Shown piece by piece: positions 36,651-51,226 of a stretch of 64,000 bases of DNA. Where the stretch lies: assembly GCF_006345805.1 (NCBI RefSeq), contig NW_021836128.1, forward strand, positions 62,001 to 126,000, given 5' to 3'. The stretch is from Octopus sinensis. Taxonomy: Eukaryota. Each line of letters opens with the position of its first letter. The stretch's first letter is position 1. The position numbers and the translations under genes were made by a program. The notes below the pieces were generated by a model, which made no database searches, was not told where the DNA came from, and worked only from the letters and a program-made list of their open reading frames with translations.

Positions 36651-38121
36651 CAGTAAAACCTCTGGTGCTCGCCACCTCTGTTACTCGCCACCTCTATTGC
36701 TCGCCACATATTTTTCAAAAAATTAAAAATTTCTAGTAAATTTTGATAAATATTCTATTGCTCGCCATTTTCTAAATCTCGCCATTAATTTTTAATAATA
36801 TTTTTTTTGGTTAAACTATTTTTTATATAAAAGTTGATCAGAAACAAGAAATTGATGCATTTACTTCTTTGATCTCTGCAAAGATTCAACAATATAATGC
36901 TGAAAACATTTATAACGCTGATGAAACTGGGATTTTTTACAAATCGATCCCTTTAAAAAGTGTTTGTCAGAAGGTTCGATATGGACATAAAATCCTTAAA
37001 GAACGGTTTAATTTTTATTTATTTTTCAGATTTTCTTTGTTGCTATGCTCAAATATGACTGGGACAGACAAAAAATTCCACTTATGATTGGAAAGTTCCA
37101 GAAACCTCGCTGCTTTAAAAATTTTAAAGTCGAAAATTTTGTCGATTACTGTCATTCACCAAAAGCATGGATGACAAGTAAAATTTTTAACGAATGGCTT
37201 TTAACATGGGATAGGCATCTAAAAAACGAAAAATTCTTTTAGTTGTGGATCGATGCCCATCCCATAAACTTTACGCTGATTTAGAGTCAATTGAAGTTCT
37301 TTACCTACCTTCGAAGACTACAACAATTCTACAACCAATGGATCAAGGAATCATTAGATCCTTCAAAGGAAATTTTAATAAACTTAAATTTGAGTTTATG
37401 TTAGAAAAAATTGAAAATGGAGAAAATCCACTGGAAGCTCATAAAAAATTAACCTTAAAAGACGGTTTTCTTTTTACATATTTTGCCTGGAAAAAAGTAG
37501 CGACCAAAACAATTACAAATTGTTTCGGAAATTCAAAATGGATCGAATGTGAAAATCAACTCGAAAGACCAACTGTTGAAATTGATAATTATGATCAAAT
37601 GGTAAATATCTTGAAAATATTGGACCCGGTGGATAAAGATGATTTTATTAATCATGAATTTACCGAAATAGATGAAATTGAAGATTACCTTAATATTGCT
37701 GGAGATTCTTTCCCACAAAAATATGACGATGAAAATACTCATAATGACGAATCTCATGTGAATTCAGAAAAGGCTTTGAAAATGTTGAAAAGAATAAAGT
37801 CATTCTTTTATCAAAATGAAAATTTTGATATAAATTCGTTAGAACTAATTGACACCGTTATTAGAGATATGGCTGAATTAAAAAAAACTATTAAAGATTT
37901 TTTTAGTTAATTTTTTCCTTTTAATTTCTTTCGATTTTCATTGTTTCTTTGCTCAAATATGAGTTGGAAAGCTCACTTATGATCGGAAAGTATCGAAAAC
38001 CGAGATGTTTTCAAAATTTCAAAGTCAAAAAATTTATTGATTATTTCCATTGCTCGCCAAATTCTATTGCTCGCCATTTTTTCTTCGGTCCCGAAAATGG
38101 CGAGCACCAGAGGTTTTACTG
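36651..38121 (+). mobile_element. pogo/Tigger element with the HTH region deleted and a 24-nt intron in the DDE region
   Basis: 24-bp TIR cagtaaaacctctggtgctcgcca, TA TSDs and subterminal ctattgctcgcca repeats. Motifs YNADETG, LQPMDQGII. Intron at 37006-37029 (KER|FSL). Confidence 0.92.
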
Positions 38122-38330
38122 TATTAACCTCTGTTCAGCAATCCATATTTTTTAATCCATGAATTTTGAAATGTTCTGCCATTTGATTTAGCTTGCTTTG
38201 ATTTTTACTAACAGTATGCTTAAGAACTGACATTTAATAATGTAACGTGTAGCATATTAAACTGTAGAAAGGTTAACCTTATTAACAAATTATTATAATA
38301 CCATTTTAATAAAACAAAGTGTTAAAATTA

Positions 38331-38600
38331 TTAATTTAATAGTTTAAAAAAGAAATTCAAAATTTCAAAATGTGCTATCAAAAGTTTCAAAAGTGTCAGT
38401 GTTTTGCCATCCCTGCCATAAGTCAACACGGGTAACACCATGGCGTTAAACACACGTAGCCAGGCACCTTTCCGCAGGCGGAAAGCATGCAACGCGCCTA
38501 GTCGCTCCATTGCACGCATTTTGGTACGTGCAATGTGATCATCGAACTTACCGGACGTGTTGAACAGCACGCCCAAATAACAACTGCAGCGATTCCTGGC
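38331..38600 (-). mobile_element. LINE RT thumb fragment
   Basis: LGVLFNTSGKFDDHI...VFNAMVLPVLTYG. Confidence 0.7.
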
Positions 38601-41049
38601 CCGTTGGTGGCATTATTCACATGTCGTAACCAATCAATACAAATGGGATTATTTGTCCAAAATATGCTTAATCAATTTAAAGAGCTGTAGCAATTGACTG
38701 GCTTGTGTAGCCCGATTTGGTGACTATTCTTTCGATGTCTATCACGAACACAAAAATTTGCCTGACCCTTGTCAGTTTACTTTCCTAGCGGTCTTTGATC
38801 TACAGATCACCAGCAGTGAATAAGAGAGTTTTTCTTAAGATAATCTAATTAGCTTAATTTGTAAATCAGTGATGCAATATTCACGAAATTAGAAACATAA
38901 GAATTCAATCAAGATGGACGATAAAAACTTAAACCTATATTAAAACAAAGAGAACATAAACAAAATTAAAATTCAGTTTCTACGAGGCTATTTCAATAAA
39001 TGTGGCTCTTTCAATCAAATTTTTTCTGGCGGTTGAAAGTAGCGTCCGACGAACAGTTCACAAAGGACGCGATGGCATTGCTCAACTTCAAATCCTCAAC
39101 AAACGGTACTCTCTCTTAACCACGTGAGACATCCTTGCTGTCGGGAGTATCCAAGGCGTGCTTAGATTATACTCGCCAAACATGAAAGCGACAGGGGCGA
39201 AGCAATCCTCGAACTCTCTACAGGGCGGCTGATTTTGCAATTGCTGAGCGGGACTTTCACTCAGTCATTTGTTTCATGTTTATTTTGGCCAGGAAAGATT
39301 ACCAGACGTGTATGGCCGTCCTAGAGCCTCGGAGACTGGCTGTTTATATCTGCACCTCCAAAAATGGAGAGACGTCGAATCATTTCATTACAATTCCTGC
39401 TAGTAACTTCAATATGGTGGCTGGGAAGTTAGGCTCCGAGCAGAGTACTGGTCATGGAGGAGACTTTTAGCCTTCCAATCCATCGTTCTATGGAGGGTCT
39501 TATCTCGGTCTTTTCAGAAAAAGTGACTGCCGCCTCTTTCCGGTGAAAACTCGACTCTTCCCGGGACCGATTGAGTATTCAAACACTGCGGGATTATTTT
39601 TGATTGTCTTTTCCAACATGGAAGTAGAGGCATACAGGGATTTTATACTCTGGTTGTCGAAACATGTTGAATGTTCTCATATACATCCCAGACTGAGTGA
39701 GACCTGACGATTGGAGAAACAGTCAGAGACATGAAAGTAGTTAAAAATTTTGTCTCGTCTAATGAAAATATATTTATTATAGGTTAGCCATATAATATAA
39801 TTAATACAGGGAACCATACATTCTATTCATTGACTTTAAACGGGAAAGGAGTAAGGATTCAAGTTAATCGCAGTGCCCGAGTAGAAGCCGGGGATTCTTA
39901 AGGGGATGGCTCAGTTCTCCATTCGAGTTTACAAGGGAAGGGAGGTTTTTTGGTCATGTTAAGGCGATTTTTCCGCCATTTAACTTGTTACAGGCACTTT
40001 CGAGTAGTTTCCCTTATTAACTGGTTGTAGAAATTAACGCGGACTTGTCTCTATTTGAGGGAGGATGGGTCCCTCGAATTTTTCTACTTCGGGACCGATC
40101 CTTCCACGATATCAACGACTCGTCTGACCAGAAATCTTAGTCACGAGCAGGCCAGACAGAAACTACGCACACTCAGCAAAGAAATCAAACAAGATCAATC
40201 CTCCAATGTCGTTCTGCCAAATCTCCAGTTCCAAATGACAGACACATTTCACGTTTGTATGGAAATATATGTTTAGAGGGAATGACTAAATCTCCAAGGT
40301 CTTGTCTCTACAAACATGCAAGTTGACAATGTCATGATCCTTCTCAGTTTCTCGATTGAGAGTTGCCAGAAGGATATCAGAGTGCTTTTCATTGGTGGGA
40401 ATTTAATTAGACTAAAATAGCCAAGAATTACACTTTTGTGGTCGAGTTGAGTGGAGATTGGACAGACCTGCCGTCCACACTGGCAGTTGACTTGTTTTTC
40501 TTTTTCCAAGTTTACAAAAGTATTGATTTAAGGTTAACTCGATTATTATTCACACCCATTTTTTTATTGAGGACAATCTTTCGATATTGTTTTAACACTA
40601 ATTATTATTGTCAATGATCTCTACTTGAAAAATAATAAAATAACTATAGGATAGAAAAACATGATTACGTGGAGACGCGTGAAAGCCATAACTTGTTTCA
40701 GTCTTTCAGTCTACTTACACTTGTTTCAGTCTACTTTTTGTTGAAAAAATGGAAGAAATGTGAGGTATATGACATGACTTGATGATTCTGATCCCCGACA
40801 AGAACTCAAACGTAGGATTGGTTGTGCCATTGTAGTTCGCGGACGACCTGGTTGAACTAATCATTTTGGTAGTGTCGTGTAATCTATTTAAGCACGGACG
40901 AAACCGGGAGACAATCAAGGCCAGAATCGCTGCTGTAGTACAATGTTTAATGTTGTAGTGGAAACTCCAATTGATTGAACTATTTAAATATTTTCATAAT
41001 TATTGACGAGTGATAATATTCGAGTAGAATCCATTAAAATCGAGATTGG

Positions 41050-42060
41050 TCTGCAAATGTATTCGCCAGGCCGTGTTGCTGGCGTCAGTCCACATGTGCT
41101 CGAATGCAGTGTACACGAAACACACTTTCTCCACAAAACTCTACAATACCACGTGCCACTCACCGACTGAATGAGTGCCAGTTGGTTGTCCGGCCTTCTC
41201 CTCGACCAGACAGGCCACAGCAGAGGGAGAATATGTCGGCCAGTCTCCTGTGTATCTGAGGGTTAGAAAGTGGGACAACAGGACGGGAGAAGAAGGTATC
41301 CCGCAGCAGTGCAGACAAGGAGTCCTTCATGTTGTTGAGAGTGCGGAGGTTTCGACAGGACCCTTTTCTGATGGGGGCAGTCAGGTGGTGTTGGTCGATC
41401 ACGTCCACCTGCGAATGAGGTAGGGCACTGCCTGGATGCAGGAATGTGAGGAAGAAGAGCATCAGCGACAACAGGTGAGACTACCTCCGACAAACACACG
41501 CCAAGCTCGCTTTATTCCCAGCCACGCACTGTCCAGTTTGCCACAGACTCAGCAGAAACTGGAAAATGTCGTCCAGTCTAACAAATGCAACACAACCACA
41601 ATGTCCGAATTGGCCAGCACACTCCCCAATACGTCCGGCCGGGAGTATTCCAGACTGGGAGTATCTGTATAATGATTGTTTGGGAGTGTTGTCGAGGATG
41701 TACTCCCCCGAGTTGATGAAGTGAATCCACACGTCACCAAGTCCGAAAAGGTAAAAGTCTTTGAGGACTTGCAATGATGTCACACGAGTGAGTCAACACC
41801 TTACATTGCACCTATTATTAGAGGACCCGACCACCTGGGACACCAGATCACTCATTCTACACAATGTCTCTTCCAATTCGGACACATTGTACTCACCATT
41901 GGCCAAACTGGTCAAGGGGATGGCCTAAGTAGAGACGATAGGACTCCCCCTCCTACAAATAAGGGGGAAGGGTGACTGGAATAACAATAAAGTGAGGAGG
42001 GAGGACAGCGTGGACAGTCCACATGCTGACTTGTCTTATAAACACGACATAGACATGCCA
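41050..42060 (-). other. Unassigned GC-richer host gene exons with tiny introns
   Basis: Long open stretches (41481-41783, 41160-41471) interrupted by short gt...ag segments of about 23-30 nt. Family not recognised. Confidence 0.35.
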
Positions 42061-42624
42061 GGTCAGTCTAGGATGAGTGGGGGATGCACTTGTTGAGGAA
42101 TATGCGGGAGTGAGGGGCGAGTGTGTGCAAGTAGTGGAGACAACCAGTGGAGTGACTCATTCAAACTGTTCGGGATAATGTGACTCATTTGTTGTACAAA
42201 TTTTACAAGAACATAAAACGCCAAAAATTCCAGATTACTGTACGACTTGACAGACCCTCCTCCGGTGGGGGCCTGATTAAATCCGATTTGAGTATAATCA
42301 ACATCTACATCCCCCAACCTCAACTACTATTCTATGCTCATACAATCCTCATCTTGAAACTTTCAACGACATGAATAATCTCCGTCTTCTCTCCAAACCT
42401 AACATAAAATACCACATGAAACACAATTAATCAACTATCATCAGATCATACACCAATCCTAATACAAACTCATCCCCTAATCAACATTCCGAATAATAAC
42501 ACGTTCATAAACTACAAAAGAGCAAAATGGAGACTCCAAAAAAACCAAACCGAAAAAATTTTCTCGGAAATTACCAGGGACAAACGCCTGTCAAATATAC
42601 ATTAATCCAATAAGCCTTTTACCG

Positions 42625-43190
42625 TCGCTTACCGTCGGGGTGCCGGTCGTGCCCCCCGTCACAGCGAACTCAACTCGATCATACAGAGAGCCCTCGCTTC
42701 AGCTGGCGTCCCGTCAATCCTCGAACCTGTTGGACTGGATAGAGGGGATGGCAAACGCCCAGACGGCATGTCCACCTTCCCATATGAGCAGGGGAAATCC
42801 CTTATTTGGGATTCTACCTGTTCGGACACGTTCTCGCTGGGAAATCTCGCTCTGTTCGCCGCCAATCCTGGGCACGCTTCGAGGCAGGCCGGGGACCGAA
42901 AGATTCTCAAGTACGGCCACCTCTCCAACTCGCTGTTCTTTACTCCAATCGCCGTGGAATCCTCCGGTATCTTCGACCTCAAGACACTTCGCTCGCTCGG
43001 TCGACGGATTTCAAGGACAAGCCACGATCCAAGAGAGTATTCTTGGCTCCTGGAAAGTCTGTCTATTGCTGTGATCCAAGGGAACAGCTTCGCCATTCGC
43101 AAGGCTGGCCGGGTGTCTCGTGAGGCCATTAATTAGCTTAGCTATCTTTTTACTTTTATAAATCACATTATTAGCAAAAAAAATATCGAT
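42625..43190 (+). mobile_element. CRE-clade RLE 3' end with a short UTR and A-run
   Basis: RHSELNSIIQRALASAGVPSILEPVGLDRGDGKRPDG...LIWDSTCSDT...PIAVESSG...LSIAVIQGNS. Confidence 0.88.
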
Positions 43191-43199
43191 TATAACTCA

Positions 43200-43730
43200 A
43201 AACGATGGATATCCAATTACCTTGGTGGAAGACAAAAACGCTTGAAAGCTCTGTTAAAGAAGAGTCCCTTCCCTCTGAAAGATTGTGTCAGTAAGGTCTA
43301 CCAACAAATGATTGCCCCGACGGTTGAGTATGCCTGCTCAGCCTGGAGGTTTGCAATTGCTTGTTCGAAAGCGGAACGTTTGAACTCACTCAGAAGGAAG
43401 ATTATGCTCCACAATGACACCTCAGTTGGCAGCCTTGCTTCCGAGGAGGCGACGCAGAAGAATGGACAGGGTTTCCTACGTTTCTGCAAGGAACTGGGAA
43501 AACCACTCAAGGAAAAGGTGTCCCATGCAGAGGAATTTCGGTCGGTTATAAAGAAATGCACTCCAATTGAGTTCCTCTGCAGAAGGAAGAGAAGGCGTTT
43601 CCGGATTACGGTCGGGTCATCAGAAGATCATGCAAGAAGAGTACGGCTGTTGTTGGAGGCAGGGATCACCTAATTAGTTAGTTCTGACCTATCTTTCTCG
43701 GTGATCTTGGAGTTAATAAATAAATAAGAC
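43200..43730 (+). mobile_element. Second LINE 3' fragment with a (TAAA)n-like tail
   Basis: VYQQMIAPTVEYACSAW..., with taataaataaataa at about 43715. Confidence 0.6.
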
Positions 43731-45109
43731 AAAAACGCTCAAATACATGCATCATTCTCAATAGAGTACCTCAGGACTCAGTCCTATCCCCCACACTTTT
43801 CGACATTTACCTAAGTGACATTCCTACACCACCCGAAAATGCATCTCAGTTCCTATACCCAGATGATATTACGATCACGTCATCAAACACAAATCCAACG
43901 GCAGCATGTCGCCAAGTTCAGCCATTCATTGATATCCTGTATAACTGGATTGCTCTATACAGTCTATCCCTATCACCAACCAAATCATCAGCCACTCGTC
44001 TAACAAGTAATACACGAGAACACAATTTCACTCCGACAATCAGAATTAACAATATTCAAATTCCCCACACTAAAACAGTCAAAATACTCGGAATAACGTA
44101 CGATAGCTCTTAATCATTTCGCCAACACATTGAAAACCTTATTCACAAATGTAAAATGAATGCCCTCCGCTCACTCACCGGAACAGACTTTGGACAAAAC
44201 AAGGAATGCTTAATATTCATATACAAACAATACATTCTTCTAACATTGGACTACGCAAGTCCATCATGTGCGTCTCTACTGTCAAAAACACTCCTTCAGA
44301 AGTTACAATAAATCCAAAACCAAACATTCAAAATCATTACGGGTTGTATGAAGTCTACTCCGACCGACCATATGCATCAGGAAACCAACATGATCAAACT
44401 TGCAGACCATTACGACATCTGTGGAACTCAATTCTTTGCGAGTATGATCAAAAACCACCAAAGTCACAATCTCACGAGAACACCAACCCCTGACAGGAAC
44501 ATCAAAAACACACCAGCACTCCACTACTGCCGTATTCTAAGCTCATTCTCTAACAAAAAACCATCGGAAATAAAAGAACTAATAACTAAATTCTCCTTGA
44601 ACGCACTAACTGCAAACAATATCTTCAACAATCGGCCCTCAAAAATAAACTCAGCTAAAAAGGATTTCTGCCGCAAAGATCGGGTCGAACTCACAAGATT
44701 TCGCTGTGGGCATCACCCTTTACTTCTCGACTATCAAAACTGGATAAGGATGTCGATCCGTCTTGTCCAATCTGCCATGACGGTCGACACACAGCAACGC
44801 ACGTCGTCCTAAAATGCAAAAACCTCACTGCTATAGGAAGATCATATAAGATTAACTTCCCTCTTAACTTATGGTGTTATCCTAAGAGGTCTGTCGGCTT
44901 TTTTCGTGCCGTATTCCTCCCAATTTTAGGGGGTAATGGGGTTAAATAAATTAATATTTGGAGCCAAAATCAAGTGCATTTTGCAGGTCAGAGTATAACG
45001 AACTGCACTTTTAAATTTAAATTCTTTCTAAAAGATGAAATCAGAAAAATTCCCCAAATGAATTACTTAATTAAATTTGAACTTGCAAAACCAGTATAGC
45101 CCATTTTTA

Positions 45110-45760
<651 letters not shown>

Positions 45761-46199
45761 AAACCTGAGTACAAATGAGAATTATTTAATTCAATTTGAA
45801 ATAATTTAAACAAATTTAATTAAAATTTAACTAAAATAATTTGTTACAAACCTTTTTTCAAAGTAACATTATAAATTCTTTGTAAATTTTAGCATTTTTC
45901 TTTAAAAATTTAGAAATTAATCTCAGGGGAACTAAGCCGTTGACAAATTAAAATAACAAACAAATCAAAAATAAAAAAACAAGATATCTGGGAATCGAAT
46001 GCAAATTGAAGATGTAGACTCTTAAAGTGATGAAATTTTATTAAAATTTTTATTTAGATTTCCATTTGTTTCTAATATTTTTAAATGATTTAGAAATTTC
46101 TTTCCGCTTAAACAAATAAAAAAATTATTACCCCTCATTAAAAATTAGTTAAAATAATATAATTAACTACAAAATAAATAAATCGGAATTTTTTGAAAA

Positions 46200-47260
46200 A
46201 ATACTATGCCGCCAATCTCAACCAGAACACCACAGTAAAAATCTAAAATAAACCCCAAAACCCACCCAATTCAAATAAAGAGTTGACAGGTCTGGCTACA
46301 CAGAGAAATCTCGGTAAAAAGAATTCGAAAGGAACCTCATAATCACAGTGAATATCTCCACTAATAACAGTATTTGAGAAAACTTCACTCTCTGCAAACT
46401 TACCAAGAAAATAAAAACCTCTCGTACATTGATACTCTACAATTTTCTCTTTCCTTATTATAATCACATCAATTTTCTGAAGGGGAGCATTTTTTTTCAT
46501 AACAGAAATCTGTTTTATATATTAAAAGTATATTACATATCCATTAAAAGGTAATTTAAGATTGTGGTTGGTAGAATACAAATTCAATTTGATATTAAAC
46601 GAAACATTCCCCTTAAAATAAATATATAAACTAAACTTTGGATGACTCACAGTCCATAGAATATTGCGTGAGAGAAATACAGAAAGGATTGATTTTAAGA
46701 CCAGTCACAGTGCCATTTGACCGGATACAAAACACATTTACAGACTCACTTAAATTTTTGCTGAAAGTAGACCGTTTGACAATTACTGTTAGTATATACT
46801 GACAAATAGTTTTTAATTTTAGTGATTTGATATATTCGGGATTGATACCTGCACAGACATGAGCAGTCCTAAATAACTGTCGTATAATATTTCGCTGGGA
46901 GAAGGCTTTAGTTGAACTGAGAAGGGTATTTTGAATTCACCTGGTTGTATACGAGCTCCAGATGATATGACATTACATATTTTTAAAAATGAGCGCCTCT
47001 ATTGATATTATATTGAGAATAACAGTTGCAGATTCGGCGTCAATTAATCCATTAGTTCTGTAATTGTCCGAATCGTATATAAAAACACCTTCCACTTCCA
47101 AAATTACACTGTTAAATGTCATTACTGAGGGAGTTTTGATTAAAGCAACTCCTTCGATTAAGTCCTATTGCTTTAATTTTATAATTAATCACATTTTCTT
47201 TGTAGAATCTGTTTGGTTTGTAAAATGCGACAGACAAAGCAGTACTCATTTAAATAGATT
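46200..47260 (-). pseudogene. VPS26C: VPS26C/DSCR3-like arrestin-fold protein, with stops
   Basis: GVALIKTPSVMTFNSVILEVEG, IQPGEFKIPFSVQL, and ISGDIHCDYEVPFEFFLPRFLCVARPVNSLFEL (recalled DSCR3 IADGDVCRGLSVPIYMVFPRLFTCP). Confidence 0.6.
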
Positions 47261-47347
47261 CTTTAATTTATTTAACCTTAAAATAAATACAAGTTTATTA
47301 ATAAAAAAATCGTTTTAACAATAAGAAAATTTGAGAAGTCTATAAAA

Positions 47348-48336
47348 CAGGGGTGTCAAACATGTGGACTTCTGCATATATAGGTGCGGCCCGCGAGGCT
47401 TTAAAATATAAAATATTTTTAATTTTAATTATTTTTGTATTAATTAGTTTGTTGTAAATTTTATTTGACAATGTCACGTGTTTCTTCTGGAACTAAAAAC
47501 GGTGCTTGAGAAAAGAGGGTGTTTCAAAAAATGGGAACTTCTCTATTTTTGTGCAACGATTGATGCAAAAATATATTTTTTGATATGTAACCAGTTAATC
47601 ACTATACCGAAAGAATACAACTTAAAAAGGCATTAATATAACTCATACGATTATTTTGAAGGTACTAAGTTGTTTATTAACCAAAAGTACAATTGCAAAG
47701 CTTAATGAATTACGAAACAATCTGACTTTGTCACAGGCTCATTTTAAAAAAAATCACAATCGAAGTACTGCATCAGTTACTGCAAGTTATGAAATCACCA
47801 GAATGCTTGCAATGAATGGGAAATCATATTCTGATGGCGATTTCTTTAAACAATGTCCTGTGAAAACAGTCAAATTATTTGTCCTGATAATCGCATTTGT
47901 TTAGAGATTTCTTTGACGAGAAATATAGTAGCCGAATATATCAAAGAAATGTCTTTTCATTTGAAAGAGCGATTAAAATACGAATTTTTGAAATTTGAAT
48001 ATTTTTCAACTGCGATCGATGAAACAGTCGACATTATTGGAATCGTACTTTTTTCGGCCTTTGACCCAGATTTTAATTTTCGAACTGGCATCAATGCACG
48101 ATACTACTAAAAGTAAAGATATCTTTGTAAAACTACAACAAATTCTCTTTGACTATGAACTTCGTTTAAGGAAGCTTGTATGTTTGTGCACTGATGGTGT
48201 TCGTAATATGCCTGGAGTTGCTGCTAAATTGCGAGTTGAAATAGAAAAGTTAAATCCTGGCTCATTATTTGCACATTTTCATTGTATTATTCATCAGCAA
48301 AATTTGTGCTCAAATTATTTTTACCCCATTCACTAA
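47348..48336 (+). mobile_element. Decayed hAT (GTF2IRD2-like) element, left end plus transposase remnants
   Basis: Terminus caggggtgtcaaac...gcggcccgcg. Motifs YSDGDFFKQC, FSTAIDETVD, LCTDGVRNM, HCIIHQQNLC. Confidence 0.8.
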
Positions 48337-50928
48337 TTTACCGATTAGTCACTCACGTGGATCCTGGCAGTCCTGCGGGTATTCATATATACTGCCTGCA
48401 TTTCTGTAGTGAAGAATGGCCATAACCCTGCTGCTTTTGGAGGTCAGGCCTTCAGACTGTCAGAGATTGGTCAAAAGCTGGATAATGAATCAAAAGAGGC
48501 CATTTCTCAAAAAATTAACTGGGCAAATAAGATTGTTATTTGGCAGTTTGGGGGAGGTTAAATCGGGCTACTCGAGGCTGATTTATGCGGCACATGACAA
48601 ATATCCAGTCATTGCACTTAATTTTGTTGAAAATGGTGATTTCGCAGGATGCAAAAAGAGAGCAAATGGACCTCACCAGAGAAATCACAAGACGTAGGAG
48701 AATTTGGATTGGCCGCTTCACTAAACCAGCGGGACACCTTGCCTTGCCTGTGGAGCAATGTAGGAGGTGTGCCACAACGACTTGATGCTCATATTGTACA
48801 CATAGAGAGAACGTAAGTCAAAATTGGCATCCTTTAGCAGAGTTAATAAGGAAACTTGAAACCCACCATTCCCGAGAACAGTCAATTCACCAAAATATAA
48901 GTAGTCCTACTGTCCTCTCCCCGAACAATTACTATTTTTCTCATTTTCTACCATTTTGGTAATAAAAATCTTGGTGGGTTTAATTTGCCTTTTCGAGATT
49001 ATAAATAAGCACTCAACCTCCTTAGGGACACTGAAATTGCACTTCAGGAAATAGTTGCAATTAGAAACATAAGTAATTACAAGTACAGGTCAAATAGCAT
49101 TCTTTGGGTCACAAATATATATAGAATAAATTATTGGAAAACATAATCTGGACTCCCAAGTGTATTTTACTCAAGCAACAAGATAAAGAGTAATCAAAAC
49201 AAGTTGTTATAATCACAAAAAGTCACAAATTGCTAATAAATTCAATCAATGTCATGGTACGTCGTCCTCCATTATAACTGACGATGAAACAGAAGCAATA
49301 TCAAGGTTTACATAGGGAAGTGACTTGTCCACGATGAATTCCTCAAAACTCAACCACAGAACAAATCACTCTCAGGAACGCAGCATCTGTACATGTTCAG
49401 ATCTGCCAATTTAGCTTTTCTCATTTTTGTTGCATAAGAATCAAAGTGGAGCATTCTCCAAACACGGTCCTCAGTCAAAATAGACGCCTACAAAAAGACA
49501 TTGATCACGTACATTCAAGAAGGAAAGCTAATACACATCCGACTGAGAGGTTTAGGATAAAATAAATTCAAGTTTATTAATAACATTTTATTTTAAAATA
49601 AGAGATGTTGAGAAGTCTATAAAGCAACCACACCGTTGATTTTTTTGAATCCCGAGACCTCTCCTCGTTTTATTACACTAATAATGCTGACTGAAACTCT
49701 TAATTTTTCTCATTTCCGATAATTGCCTTGATAACTTAATCGTTATAGTTTTCATCTTTTTTCAATAATCACACATTCTAAATTTTTCTGATTTTCACTG
49801 ACTGAATGTATCCTTTGGACTAAAAATCTATATTAAATCTTGGCATAAAAGGTTTGTATATTTGGTCACCACTTCAACCCCATATCGAATATCTCGATTT
49901 TTCCGTTCTGAATTTCAGCAAGTTTTCAAGTAATTAGATTCCAGGTGTTGAGCTTTTCTACTTTCACATGCTTTAAAGGTTATTGGGATTTAATTTTTTA
50001 TTTTGATAAGTACTAGAGCGTTTTCTCAAAAGTAGATAGGTTAAACCTTCGAAAAATTATAATCAGTATTCTGCTCAACAGAGCCATTACCAAATCGAAT
50101 AGTTTAAAGAAAGTGAGTCTTTTTACAGATAAGATTTAAATTCTATTTTTATTAGTTTACAATACCACAGAAACTCCAGGCTCATTGATTACTTATATTA
50201 AAATTCATAATTGACAGAATCAAATGTCTTCTTCACATTCATCCAAATAGCATGTCTATCTTTAATTTCTTTCTTGCTTTCATAACAAAGATTTAATGTC
50301 CAAATAGCAAATAGTTAATTTCCATCTTAGTATTGACAAAATATTTTATATGCGCTTTTTACTATGAAGCTCAACATTGCCAGCTAACTTCGAGCTGATT
50401 ATCTAAAATAAAATTTAATGTTTTAATATAATTGGTAAGTTACACTTAATGACAAGTTTATATAATCTAGGCATACAGATAATCAGTCTCATATCTTTTG
50501 GGACACGGCACTTTTTATTTTTTGTAATAAGGCATGTTACTCGATGCAGATCCAATTATCAGGGAAATTGTCTCCATTTTCAATTTCATAAATTTTGTCA
50601 CATTAATGACAATAAGAGATTCTAACTTAATATAAAATCCACAAACTCAGTATCAGACAGATTTCTTCCAATCGGATAAATAATAAATTAACGAATAACT
50701 CCAAATATATTGTCAAAATTGAATGTTGCATCTTCATTTCGTCATAATATTTAATAATATGAGTCATAGTATTTGGAGTTATCCGTTTTATTTAAAACAT
50801 TTAGTGATGATCAAAGGACTAGGTAAACCAGTTAATTTTAATTCCAGTGACTCCCGATGCACTTTGCAAACGACGGAAATTGTTTAGAAAAGTTCGATCC
50901 TGCCCACAATGTCCTCTGGGGTTAGTTA

Positions 50929-51226
50929 TAGGGTTTTCGGATCAATATAATAACTTTTCGAATCATATAATAATTTTTCGAACCAATATAATAATTTTTC
51001 GAATCAATATAATAATTTTTCGAATCAATATAATCAATATAATAAAGTAACGTTATTAGGTATGATACAGGGAATATAATATCTAATGATGTGTGAGAAA
51101 GTATAATAAACAAATCTTTGGATGGATATTCAACCAAAGATATTGCTTAACTGTTCGACAAGAAATATCAAACCGTTAACAGTATTTTGAAAAAGTTCTT
51201 TAAAGTATATTGATCCGAAAACCCTA
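50929..51226. mobile_element. MITE with 21-23 bp TIRs and TA flanks
   Basis: tatagggttttcggatcaatata (50927-50949) is inverted at 51206-51228. Confidence 0.7.
50941..51045. repeat. Tandem repeat of about 21 bp (tcaatataataatttttcgaa), roughly 4-5 copies, inside the MITE
   Basis: Read directly. There are no unique spacers. Confidence 0.85.

Larger units (their letters stand above)
42060..44940 (+). mobile_element. Jockey/I-group LINE: APE endonuclease remnant (42060-42600) and RT/C-terminal part (43770-44940), with the middle replaced by other element fragments
   Basis: RLDRP..GGG, INIYIP, SDHTPI, FINYKRAKW in the first part. GVPQDSVLSPTLF, KILGITYD, RFRCGHH...CPICH in the second. Confidence 0.85.

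Noticed and set aside
40055-40276. Plus-strand ORF loosely like a rhabdovirus glycoprotein
   Set aside because: It lacks the conserved cysteine pattern, so the similarity is not supportable.
46243-46500. Sushi/CCP-like reading (EYQCTRGFYFLG)
   Set aside because: The surrounding sequence aligns over a longer span to the VPS26C/DSCR3 C-terminal half.
50941-51045. Regular repeats as a possible CRISPR array
   Set aside because: These are head-to-tail tandem units with no spacers, in a eukaryotic context.
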